Shown here one piece after another: positions 1 to 8,756 of a stretch of DNA of 57,813 bases. Each line of letters starts with the position of its first letter. The first letter of the stretch is position 1. Location: the IMG/VR virus record IMGVR_UViG_3300029787_000046, positions 1 through 57,813 of that record. One strand, given 5' to 3'. The DNA is from a virus (lineage: Duplodnaviria > Caudoviricetes). The position numbers and the translations under genes are program-made. The notes under the pieces were generated by a model. The model did no database searches, was not told the DNA's origin, and was given only the letters and a program-made list of their open reading frames with translations.

Positions 1-144
1 TCAAGCCTGTCCCACTTTCGGGCAAGCATCATGAACGCACCTACGCCACCTCTTTGTTTCCAACTGTTTCCGTAACTCTGCTCTGCCTTATGTAGTTTTG
101 TAACATCTACTTGTGCTACTTTTTCTACGATTGTAATCATTTCA
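1..144. repeat. Terminal overlap with 57670-57813 (circularisation overlap)
   Basis: 144 bp identical to 57670-57813 except A90 vs G57759; lies inside a coding sequence. Confidence 0.95.
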
Positions 145-182
145 CTGTAGTTATACTCAACTTTATCTAACTCAACACGCAT
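1..182 (-). CDS. 5' part of Nmad1/DUF1599-like protein that continues across the junction into 57471-57669
   Basis: ATG at 182 overlaps the TS stop (TAATG); reads MRVELDKVEYNYSEMITIVEK..., in frame with ORF 57471..57809. Confidence 0.8.
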   Translation of the reverse strand, partial: MRVELDKVEYNYSEMITIVEKVAQVDVTKLHKAEQSYGNSWKQRGGVGAFMMLARKWDRL

Positions 183-1228
183 TATGTTCTCCTCTCTAAC
201 CATTCAAGACACGCTTTACGCCATGCCCTATCGTTAATTGTTGTTGCCTCTATTATGGCTTCATCCATAAATAGTTTGTTTGTATCTTTACTTTTCCATG
301 CTTTCCAAGATTTAATCATAGGTGTTGCTGTTGTATTCAAGTAATCATTTATTGCACCTGTGTCTTCAACTCTTCGCCTATTATTGTGCTTTAATCTTGT
401 TTTACTGGCCTCGTTATCACCTCCCCATCTTTTAAACCACTGGCTAAGTTCTTGATCAAAAGTAGCAGGGTTATCTATTAATGGTGGAGAGGCATAGCTT
501 AACCCATCATCTGCTATAGTAAGATACGGTTCATAATCTAACGGTAAATTATCTAACTTTTGTAATGTGTCTACATAAGCATGAAGATTATTACTAAACT
601 GATAGTAAATCCCCACCCGAAGTCCGCACATTGTTGCCATATACTCTAGTAAAAAAGACATATGCACAGCGTTAGCTCCGTAAGCTCCCCAGATCATATC
701 ATTACTACGATTAGCTACAGTCATATTTAGTTTGCCCTTACGAGACCAAAAATAAATCTGGGTATTACAGGGGTAGTCTTTGCCATCATTATCTTCCTGC
801 AAATCTTCCCATGGATCCCACATCCCAATAACTGTTCTTCTATCATTTGGATAATTCCTCAGCCTATGGATAGCAGTTAATAATTGATCTTTTGTAAACC
901 ATTCTCTCCATCTAAAACCATATGCCCCATGAAAATGCTCACCATCATCACTGTAAGTATTTATCCTGCCATTAAACTGGCTAATCCATTCTACATCATT
1001 ACGCCCTGCTAACATCCATAAAGATTCCATAAAGTGGAAGTATGGGTTGGCATCTCGTTGTGGATAAAACAGTACTCGTTCACGGCTATCTGTATAAGTT
1101 GTCATAACAGGGGTGGGGAACTCTAAAGCTGCCCCATTACGAGTTTGCACTTCTACTCCGTTAACTTCTAATGCTTGTTTAGCTAGGTATAACGCCTCGC
1201 TTACGTTTCTTGCGTGTATCGACTGCAT
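182..1228 (-). CDS. Thymidylate synthase-family protein, probable dUMP hydroxymethylase
   Basis: Catalytic PC (DYPCNTQ), RSNDMIWGAYGAN motif ending in Asn (uracil-type), NLHAY; N-terminal TRNG and ESLWMLAG motifs. Confidence 0.85.
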   Translation of the reverse strand: MQSIHARNVSEALYLAKQALEVNGVEVQTRNGAALEFPTPVMTTYTDSRERVLFYPQRDANPYFHFMESLWMLAGRNDVEWISQFNGRINTYSDDGEHFHGAYGFRWREWFTKDQLLTAIHRLRNYPNDRRTVIGMWDPWEDLQEDNDGKDYPCNTQIYFWSRKGKLNMTVANRSNDMIWGAYGANAVHMSFLLEYMATMCGLRVGIYYQFSNNLHAYVDTLQKLDNLPLDYEPYLTIADDGLSYASPPLIDNPATFDQELSQWFKRWGGDNEASKTRLKHNNRRRVEDTGAINDYLNTTATPMIKSWKAWKSKDTNKLFMDEAIIEATTINDRAWRKACLEWLERRT

Positions 1229-1251
1229 ATTAGCCTCCTCGATGGTTGTTA

Positions 1252-2571
1252 TTATAGTTGGGTATGGTAACCTTGTTGTGTATAGTCATAGCGTTCTTCG
1301 AGTAGCGTCGAAAGCCTCGGTAAACCAAAGAACTGTAGGTTTTTATTGCAATCGATAATTAGCTGAATATTCTGTTCTGGGTGACCTTTTTCAAGAAAAT
1401 GCGTTGGTTGAGTTACAATGTCTACATATTCTTGCGCTACGTTCCGCATATCAAACTTATTTAACAACCCTAGATTATTGTGTCGCATTGTTTCCCACTG
1501 TTCCTTATTAGTTAGCCCCTCATTTACTATATCCCCAAACTCTTCGGGTGTAGCTGTATGGGGTATCTCTATGTAGTTTTGCCCAGACTTAAATATCTGG
1601 CTGTTTTTCATACCCAAATCTGTAGCCATTGGTACAGCACCTTTGATCATAGCCTCTACCGTTGTACGATTAAAATGTGCGCCATAGTCAGAATACTTTT
1701 TAGAAAAGCTAGGGTCTATCTGTAGCTTAGTTTCACCAAGCAATCGCAATACTTCTTCATTAGGTACAACACCATGATAACTCATACCTGTATTGAGGGC
1801 GATTGCCCATATACGGTTACCCTGTGCATCAAAATACTTTGGTTTGCATTTATCTTTACTTGTCATATACCTGTATTCAATCCCTGCCCCACCGACTACA
1901 ACAGTCTCTTTTATAAACGGTACAGCACGAACCAAAGTATCCACTCGTTTCCACGCTTTAAATATTTGGATTGCCAATGCACCACTACGTTGATCAAAAT
2001 CATAACCAAAATCCCCATGTATTTTAAATGGGTTTAAGATTAACTTGCGTGGAATATCTAAATATTGTGCCGAGTTATAGGCACTTTCATGAACGCATAC
2101 AGCGGCATGAAAATATTCTGAAACAGAGATAAGGTGTGGATACAACTTAGGTAAATTGCCATCATGTATGATAGCAATGTTTTTGCTACCATGATCATAC
2201 AGATCTAGCCAAGCTTTGATTTCTGTGTTATCTTTATTAAGAGTAGGTACAGGTATATGCCAAAGAACGGCATCGTATTTACTACACTTTTCTTTAAATA
2301 GCTCTCGTGCCTGTTTGCTCACATAAGGTATCTTGGGTATACCCTTCCACCCTCGTGCTTGGTGAAACTTATACCCTGTCCCACCTTCTAAAGATTTATA
2401 ATCTCCATCCCTACCGCGGATTGGTGATCTATTAGAAACAGCACTTTTAGGAACGAGCATACAAAAGTCTACTTCATGCCCTAACTCTTTTAAGCCTTTA
2501 GCCAAATACTCAGCATGGTTAATTATGCCACCATAATCTTGTATTTGGAATAGTGTCATTAAGAACTTCAT
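1252..2571 (-). CDS. GT-B fold (GT4-like) glycosyltransferase
   Basis: N-terminal GGIINHAEYLAKGLKELGHEVD; WKRVD; C-terminal HFNRTTVEAMIKGAVPMATD equivalent to the GT4 nucleotide-sugar-binding signature. Confidence 0.8.
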   Translation of the reverse strand: MKFLMTLFQIQDYGGIINHAEYLAKGLKELGHEVDFCMLVPKSAVSNRSPIRGRDGDYKSLEGGTGYKFHQARGWKGIPKIPYVSKQARELFKEKCSKYDAVLWHIPVPTLNKDNTEIKAWLDLYDHGSKNIAIIHDGNLPKLYPHLISVSEYFHAAVCVHESAYNSAQYLDIPRKLILNPFKIHGDFGYDFDQRSGALAIQIFKAWKRVDTLVRAVPFIKETVVVGGAGIEYRYMTSKDKCKPKYFDAQGNRIWAIALNTGMSYHGVVPNEEVLRLLGETKLQIDPSFSKKYSDYGAHFNRTTVEAMIKGAVPMATDLGMKNSQIFKSGQNYIEIPHTATPEEFGDIVNEGLTNKEQWETMRHNNLGLLNKFDMRNVAQEYVDIVTQPTHFLEKGHPEQNIQLIIDCNKNLQFFGLPRLSTLLEERYDYTQQGYHTQL

Positions 2572-3479
2572 TCTACAGTCCCTTTCTTAAAGTTATCGTT
2601 TGATAATATATTGGCGTTATATCTACTCCTAGGCGTACCTTGTCCCAAACGCACACGTTCGTATTTATCCCACTCACATAAGCTATGCTCTATAGTACGC
2701 ATATCTACACGAGCTACAGGCACATGAGGTTTACAATGCTTAGGAGCTTCAGCTAATAACAGTTGCATTTCAGTATTTGCTACTTGTTGATTCATGCCTT
2801 TTTTAAGGTCACGCAAATGTATACGGTTTAATCCTCGCTTGGCTCCAGGACCTGCGTTAGCCCACGAGAATTGATCTTTCGCGGCTTCCAACACAGGTGT
2901 GTAGTTGAGATCCGTAACCACCTCGTACGACATAAAACCTCCCCCTCCCCACCCTTTATAGGAACCCATCGCTTGGTGGAGCTCTTGGAGGGATAAAGAT
3001 TCATTGGCAATCTTGGAAAGTGCCTCCTTTTTCTCCCAAATGGGCGCAAGAAAATAGTCAACTACGACCTCCGATTTTGGTGCTTTTAACCCTTGATTTG
3101 TGATTATATACGCACCAGTAAAAGTTCGTAAACCTTTTGACAACCGATCTTCAATCAATTGTTTAGTTTTAGTTTTATCCCACCCATCATCTTCGTACAC
3201 CCACTTGTGAGCATCGGCAAACTCACTTGTGCCGATCATACGAAATAAGCAACAGTTAAAAATAATTTCACCATGTGGACGGTTGTGGTTTGGTTTAGTC
3301 CAGTTCTCACGCATCCACACAGTTACTTTATCATTTTCACGAAAAGGGTTTGTAAACTTGTAGTCTTGAAGAATTCTATCTTCTGTCCACGGTGGTATTT
3401 CGTCGGCTACCCTACGTTGGTAAATAGAATGTCTTTCATTTATCCAACCAAAGTATCTTTCTACAGCTTCGGTGTCCAT
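2568..3479 (-). CDS. 5-hmdU DNA kinase helical-domain family protein (aGPT-Pplase1 / HMUDK_hel-like)
   Basis: ERHSIY...PPWTEDRILQDYKFTNPFREND, FTGAYII, GGFMSYEVVTDL, GPGAKRGL, IEHSLCEWDKY motifs typical of this family; adjacent to TS homologue. Confidence 0.8.
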   Translation of the reverse strand: MDTEAVERYFGWINERHSIYQRRVADEIPPWTEDRILQDYKFTNPFRENDKVTVWMRENWTKPNHNRPHGEIIFNCCLFRMIGTSEFADAHKWVYEDDGWDKTKTKQLIEDRLSKGLRTFTGAYIITNQGLKAPKSEVVVDYFLAPIWEKKEALSKIANESLSLQELHQAMGSYKGWGGGGFMSYEVVTDLNYTPVLEAAKDQFSWANAGPGAKRGLNRIHLRDLKKGMNQQVANTEMQLLLAEAPKHCKPHVPVARVDMRTIEHSLCEWDKYERVRLGQGTPRSRYNANILSNDNFKKGTVE

Positions 3480-3482
3480 AGC

Positions 3483-4124
3483 TTACTCCTCTAACTTTAT
3501 GGCTCCTGCCTTTACAGCAATTTTAATATCTACCCCACCTCCTGGAGAAGGATCTAAAGCACGAAGTTTTTCCATCGCTTCAGCTACAGTAGTGCATCCC
3601 ATAACAACCTGCATATTACGATGACGATTTGTACCTGAACGGATTGGGGGGTCTACCATAAGAGAAACTATTTTAGTAGTTTTTTCAAAACGAGGGCGCA
3701 CCTCTTTTTCTGCTTTTTGCGCTTTATTATTAAATTGATCTACATGAATTGTAGTAGCGTATGGAGCATCGGTATCATTCATTTGGTTTTCCTTTTTCCA
3801 TGGTTTAACACAAAACAGCACGAGTTCATGGAGCTTCTGTGCCGCTATCTCTTTATTCTGAAACTTATTCTTCATATTTCGGTATGTAGTAAGGTCAGTA
3901 AAAAACCTTTGGTGAGCTTTTTTACTGTTGAGTAAAATGCTGAGCCATGTGCCTTCAAGCTCATCTTGTTGCCAATTATCTATTAATTGTCTGGGTTCTT
4001 TGTCGCTGTAAACCATGCTGTACTGGTCTATAAACTTGCAATCTTTCATAGAGGCTAACGAAGTAAAAGACAGCACTTGGTAAGGGCTGTTCTCATTGTT
4101 ACTTTCACATATCGCATAGTGCAT
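3483..4124 (-). CDS. Hypothetical protein, first gene of the modification operon
   Basis: 213 aa ORF, TAGAAAGGG RBS, 3 bp from next gene. Confidence 0.7.
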   Translation of the reverse strand: MHYAICESNNENSPYQVLSFTSLASMKDCKFIDQYSMVYSDKEPRQLIDNWQQDELEGTWLSILLNSKKAHQRFFTDLTTYRNMKNKFQNKEIAAQKLHELVLFCVKPWKKENQMNDTDAPYATTIHVDQFNNKAQKAEKEVRPRFEKTTKIVSLMVDPPIRSGTNRHRNMQVVMGCTTVAEAMEKLRALDPSPGGGVDIKIAVKAGAIKLEE

Positions 4125-4148
4125 TTAATTCCCTTTCTATGGAAAACA

Positions 4149-4182
4149 GGTAGTGTTCATATTCTAGTATACGAACACTACC
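4149..4182 (-). terminator. Hairpin (probable terminator of the DUF932 gene) overlapping a promoter
   Basis: GGTAGTGTTC...GAACACTACC inverted repeat, followed on the minus strand by TGTTTT. Confidence 0.55.
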
Positions 4183-4202
4183 AAGACAACATTTACTTTA
4201 TC
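4161..4202 (-). promoter_or_regulatory. Promoter with GATAA-N8-TTGTC dyad
   Basis: GATAA-AGTAAATG-TTGTCT-N17-TAGAAT. Confidence 0.65.
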
Positions 4203-4205
4203 AAG

Positions 4206-5234
4206 TTAAGCTACGTTAGCATACTCAATAGCTTTTGTCAATGCTTTACGTTTAGTGTTTGCACCAGACCCAAACCATGCAGAGTGCAACGCATTACCTT
4301 CAGCTAAAGATTTTTTCTGGTGATCAACTACATAGGTCACAGCATTTACTGCTCCCCACCAAGTGCCACGAGCGGAAGATAGGTTTGCTCCTGGACTTGT
4401 TTCTACTGCCTCATGTACAAGTTCTGCTGTACGAGCAAACTCTTGGTGTAACGGAGGTAACGCATTTTGATTAGGTGCTTTAGCTCGTTCAATCAATAAA
4501 TTTGGTTGTAACAGCTCAGCAATAAAGTTGCTCACATCGAAGTCTTTAGCAGTTTTGCTTGCCAAGAACTCAGACTGTTCTTTGAAGTTTTGCATTTGGT
4601 GTCCACTAATGCCCAGAGCTTCTTCTGCTGCTTTGTGGATTTCTTCATCGAACATTTGTAAGTGTAGCACACGGAAACGCGAACCTTCTGCGTTCAATGC
4701 CATAGTGAGTGTATTATTGCAGACAACACGTATCGGTGTAAACATAACCGTCATCGCTTTGCCTACTTGATGGCTGTTGTTTAATAACAGATAACCACCT
4801 ACTTCATCGCCACCTGCGAGAGCAAACTCATCTTTAAGTTTTGCTAACCCCCAAATGTCTTTGCCATCTTTTAAACTACCTGCCGTTTCCATAGTCATGG
4901 AACCTGCTTCGGTAAACTTTTTGAAAAAGTCCATAACTTCTGAGTTTTGGAAAGGAACATAGCCTTCACCACATGGAGATAATATTTTGTTGTCGCTATC
5001 ACGAACAAGAAAATAATTGTCGGGACAACGCAAAAACCCTGCCTCGCCTGTTGGGTCTACAATATTCCAACAGTTTGGTTTGTCAACTGTGTAAGCAGGT
5101 CGCTTACTAACTGTCCAATCAATCTGGGCAGCTTTTAACATTTGGTCGGGCGACATATTGTCGTCAACCTTTTTGCCTAGACCATGCCAAGGAACTTGTC
5201 CTGCATAAGCCATCGTTTCTACTTCATGTGCCAT
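4206..5234 (-). CDS. DUF932/DUF945 phage-plasmid family protein (TIGR03299-like)
   Basis: MAHEVETMAYAGQVPWHGLG start, METAGSLKDG, TPIRVVCNNTL, GTWWGAVNAVT. Confidence 0.9.
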   Translation of the reverse strand: MAHEVETMAYAGQVPWHGLGKKVDDNMSPDQMLKAAQIDWTVSKRPAYTVDKPNCWNIVDPTGEAGFLRCPDNYFLVRDSDNKILSPCGEGYVPFQNSEVMDFFKKFTEAGSMTMETAGSLKDGKDIWGLAKLKDEFALAGGDEVGGYLLLNNSHQVGKAMTVMFTPIRVVCNNTLTMALNAEGSRFRVLHLQMFDEEIHKAAEEALGISGHQMQNFKEQSEFLASKTAKDFDVSNFIAELLQPNLLIERAKAPNQNALPPLHQEFARTAELVHEAVETSPGANLSSARGTWWGAVNAVTYVVDHQKKSLAEGNALHSAWFGSGANTKRKALTKAIEYANVA

Positions 5235-5254
5235 TTAAATACTCCTTTCTCGAG

Positions 5255-5515
5255 TTAATGTGTTGGCATTGTTACGACAGGTAAGCTGTCGTATGTTTTA
5301 AACGGTATGTCGATCCACGCATCAGAGTCTGCTGTTAATAATAAACGAACACGCATCTCCACATCGTTGTGTGGCATTGTCCATACAATCGGGTACTTAT
5401 TGTCTTCATCAAGCTCTGATAAATACTTTGGTTCAAGCGTACGATTACGATTAGTGCGAATCGCAGTTTTATTAGCCTTTACCAAAAGGTCTTTGGTGAA
5501 ATATTTTACCTGCAT
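5255..5515 (-). CDS. Hypothetical protein
   Basis: 86 aa ORF with TAGAAAGGG RBS and upstream promoter. Confidence 0.75.
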   Translation of the reverse strand: MQVKYFTKDLLVKANKTAIRTNRNRTLEPKYLSELDEDNKYPIVWTMPHNDVEMRVRLLLTADSDAWIDIPFKTYDSLPVVTMPTH

Positions 5516-5547
5516 TTTATCCCTTTCTATGTTTTTAATGCTACACC

Positions 5548-5588
5548 ATAATACACGCAGTGTTAGTCTTGATAAGCGTTTATTTATC
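5548..5588 (-). promoter_or_regulatory. Promoter with GATAA-N8-TTATC dyad
   Basis: GATAA-ATAAACGC-TTATCA-N16-TATTAT. Confidence 0.65.
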
Positions 5589-5596
5589 TTGTTTGT

Positions 5597-7114
5597 TCAG
5601 TAGGGCAACGCATATCCTTGACTATACATAGGATGTATCAAATGTATATTATTTATGGCTCTGGTAAGTCCAACATAAAATACTCTTGTTTCATCTTCTT
5701 CATAGGTATGTATTTTACGCCACATTGAGTATGGTCGTTTCATTGTATCAGTTAATAGCATTACGTTAGTTGCTTGAGCACCTTTAGCTGAATGAATAGT
5801 AGAGATTCGTAGTCGAGGTGTTTCGGTCAAACTTTCACCTTTTCGTAAACAAGCTTTTATATACGTCTTATCTCTTTGATTTATTTTGCCTAGCCCGATA
5901 TCCCATGGATGGTTGTGCAACAAACCGTGATTGTTTTGTAACTCTTGCAAACTGTAGAAAGAACCTTCCTCACCATCGGGCATAGTTTTGCAGCCATACT
6001 TTACTTGACTGTTTAGCATCATGTGTTTGTACACGAGCAAGACTTGTTCTTTACTGAGCTTGTTGCCTTCTCGTAAATATTCCCATAATCTGACTGCTTC
6101 TAAAACCTTACTGTCAATACTTTTAGATCCATTGTAGATATATAAATGTCCTCGCCTTCTTACTTCTTCCTCTATTTGTTGAGCTCCTCGGGTAGTTCTA
6201 CTTAGTAGTAACCAGTCACCTTCTGATAAACTCACCTCTTCAGAATGGCGATGCCAAGTTATATTACCTTCTTCTTGTCTTGGTTCAAACTCTTTTTCCC
6301 TGCGTCCCACTATTGTTTTGATTACATTGTGGCTGAGTGTATGGTGCGAAGAAGGAATACGATAACTTTTATTTAGTAATGTCACATCACCTTCAAGACC
6401 TACAAAGTAATTTACATCTGCTCCTGCCCAACGGTAAATAGCTTGGTCATCATCCCCTGCTACATAACATATCTTGCTTTTTTGTTCTAACTGTCTTACC
6501 ATTTCCCACTGCAAAGGTGACAGGTCTTGGGCTTCATCTATAAATACTACTTCTAATTTAGGGCAAAGGTCACGCTCTACAAAAGCCTCTAACATTCCGG
6601 TATAATCATATAGCCCATAAGAGTTTTTCCAATGCTCTATACCTCTGTTTACATAATCAACCCTAGCCCAATCTGTTTTCAATGGTACGATACTGTCATT
6701 GTAAATCTTGCGTAACGGTTGGCGTAGTATACGAGCAATATTAATAATTTCAAGGAATTTGTCACCATAGCCAAAGTCTTTGTATGGTCCTTGTTCTACA
6801 TTACCTCCTCCATAAAACTTTCCTATCTTTAACCAATCAGCTATTTCTTGGTACTTATCTGGTGTAATCACTTGTGAATGGGTCAAACCTGCTTGCAAAA
6901 AAGCTAGACTATGTAGAGTTCTAAAGTAAGGTAACTCTTTTTTAGATATATTAAACTTGGTACAAGCTCTTTCTATAGCTTCCTGTGCTGCTCTTCTTGT
7001 AAAAGCAAAGTACCCTATACGGTCTGGCGGTACACCAGAGGCAAGGTATTGTTCAACTAAGTTAAGAAGTTTAGTTGTCTTGCCTGTTCCTGGAGGTCCG
7101 AGCACGATGTGCAT
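5597..7114 (-). CDS. UvrD/Rep-like superfamily 1 helicase
   Basis: GPPGTGKT, FTRRAA, TLHS, IDEAQD, GDDDQAIY, STIHSAKG, YVGLTRA. Confidence 0.92.
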   Translation of the reverse strand: MHIVLGPPGTGKTTKLLNLVEQYLASGVPPDRIGYFAFTRRAAQEAIERACTKFNISKKELPYFRTLHSLAFLQAGLTHSQVITPDKYQEIADWLKIGKFYGGGNVEQGPYKDFGYGDKFLEIINIARILRQPLRKIYNDSIVPLKTDWARVDYVNRGIEHWKNSYGLYDYTGMLEAFVERDLCPKLEVVFIDEAQDLSPLQWEMVRQLEQKSKICYVAGDDDQAIYRWAGADVNYFVGLEGDVTLLNKSYRIPSSHHTLSHNVIKTIVGRREKEFEPRQEEGNITWHRHSEEVSLSEGDWLLLSRTTRGAQQIEEEVRRRGHLYIYNGSKSIDSKVLEAVRLWEYLREGNKLSKEQVLLVYKHMMLNSQVKYGCKTMPDGEEGSFYSLQELQNNHGLLHNHPWDIGLGKINQRDKTYIKACLRKGESLTETPRLRISTIHSAKGAQATNVMLLTDTMKRPYSMWRKIHTYEEDETRVFYVGLTRAINNIHLIHPMYSQGYALPY

Positions 7115-8637
7115 TATATTATATCATTTTCAACAGGTAGTTGAGGCAAGGCCATTTCTGAGTCATCTGTTTCAAAATAGTTTTGTGGCAGTGACCAAAC
7201 ATGGATACCTTTCCCCCTTACTCTCCAAAACATTTTTTCTGCTTGTAAGTCCTGTAATCTTAAAGTTATTTTGTTAGAAGTATAGTGGTTAAAATCGTTT
7301 ACAGATAAATGTTTCTTTAAATCTTTTATTTGAAAGTATACCCTTGTTTCTGCCCAGACCGCAACACCTTGCAGAATATCTTCACGCTCTTCACCTTTAG
7401 CTCTTTCCGCAGCGAAAGCATGAAGTAAATCTTCAAACTCACCTTTGAACGTAGCATCAGGCGGTACTTCCACAATAGTCAAATTATCTAACAACAGTTG
7501 TATGCGTGTCTGCCATGCACGTTGATTAACTATAACAGGGAACTTATTTATTTGTGACACACACTCTTTTTGAAACTGTGCTTGACTGGTTAAACCATTG
7601 GTACTAAGCTCTAATCGTTCGCCATCTACATTAAGAATCCAGATAGGGGGGTCACCGTCAATTTTAGTAAGGCTAGACATATCATTGCCTATGCCACTTG
7701 GTCCTACGCCATGCTTCCTTGTTTTACATAACTCTTTATCACAAAAAGGTTTTATGGGTTGGTCTTCACATTTATAAAAGTAATCTTTCTTTTTTAATTG
7801 TCTGATTGTATTGCCTACCTCACCATGACTTAGCGGTGGGCTGAGGTAATCCACATTGTAGCGTTGGACTAACTGCTCCCAATTATCTTCATCAAACATT
7901 CTGGCATATACACCAAGATTAAATAGAGCATTGTTTCGAGAACCCTCGCCAAATCCTTTACTGCATAAGTGCTGTAAACAAGGTGGTCCTTCTTCTAATA
8001 CTCCCTCTTTTGTACCAAACCCCATATTAAGTTTACGAAACTGATTTGGAGTTATAATATAATCTTTACAGTATTCTATAAACTCTTCTGGCGTTAGTGT
8101 TTCTGCATTTTGGTCAAACGCATACCGAGTAGATTTAGATCCACTGAAGTAAGGCATATTAAGAAAGTTGCCCGTATCGCCCCTATCTAGCAATATTGTT
8201 GTTTGTTTTGGGAATATTTCACTCCCTGCAAAACCAAGAGCTGCACTTAGCTCGGTTAATCTGCGCTGCATATCTTCAGCTTCTACAGGCTCACTTAAAA
8301 ATATCCATACATGAGCTCCACCGCTTTTAGTCCTGCCCACTACAGCAGGGATTTTATTTTTAGCTAATGTTTTGATTAAATCTTTATGACTAACACTGTA
8401 TTCATCAATATCTATCGCACCCCAATGGCAAGTATTATCACTTTTAATTGGTATGATTCCAAGACCTGTGCCACCTTTTAAATGGTCTTCCCACATAGCT
8501 ATCGTTGTAGGTTCACGAATAACTTTTGCTGTGCCTTGTTTCTTTCCGTCTGTTTCTCTATTACTCTTTACAACATATGTGCCATGAGCAATATCGCTGC
8601 CTTTAAATAAATCGTAAAAATCTTGTGCAAGTGACAT
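7114..8637 (-). CDS. Archaeo-eukaryotic primase (AEP)-like primase/replication protein
   Basis: WGAIDID, RTKSGGAH, EIFPKQ, GNFLNMPY motifs; PPCL...GSRNNALF PriCT-like region. Confidence 0.75.
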   Translation of the reverse strand: MSLAQDFYDLFKGSDIAHGTYVVKSNRETDGKKQGTAKVIREPTTIAMWEDHLKGGTGLGIIPIKSDNTCHWGAIDIDEYSVSHKDLIKTLAKNKIPAVVGRTKSGGAHVWIFLSEPVEAEDMQRRLTELSAALGFAGSEIFPKQTTILLDRGDTGNFLNMPYFSGSKSTRYAFDQNAETLTPEEFIEYCKDYIITPNQFRKLNMGFGTKEGVLEEGPPCLQHLCSKGFGEGSRNNALFNLGVYARMFDEDNWEQLVQRYNVDYLSPPLSHGEVGNTIRQLKKKDYFYKCEDQPIKPFCDKELCKTRKHGVGPSGIGNDMSSLTKIDGDPPIWILNVDGERLELSTNGLTSQAQFQKECVSQINKFPVIVNQRAWQTRIQLLLDNLTIVEVPPDATFKGEFEDLLHAFAAERAKGEEREDILQGVAVWAETRVYFQIKDLKKHLSVNDFNHYTSNKITLRLQDLQAEKMFWRVRGKGIHVWSLPQNYFETDDSEMALPQLPVENDII

Positions 8638-8756
8638 GGCTACCTCCTAATTAGTGTAGACCATCTCCCTAACCCCTATGATATAGGTTCTACCCACATA
8701 AGTGAAAAGAAAATGGTCTACGCAGTATGGGGTCATGACTCCCCATAACTGTTCTT

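Noticed and set aside
1-144. Biological direct terminal repeat
   Set aside because: It cuts through a coding gene in mid-operon, so it is more simply an assembly overlap; real ends are more likely near 46.4-48.2 kb
5571-5588. Fur box
   Set aside because: Half-site spacing is N8 rather than N9 and the internal GATAAT repeats are missing; kept as an unassigned operator
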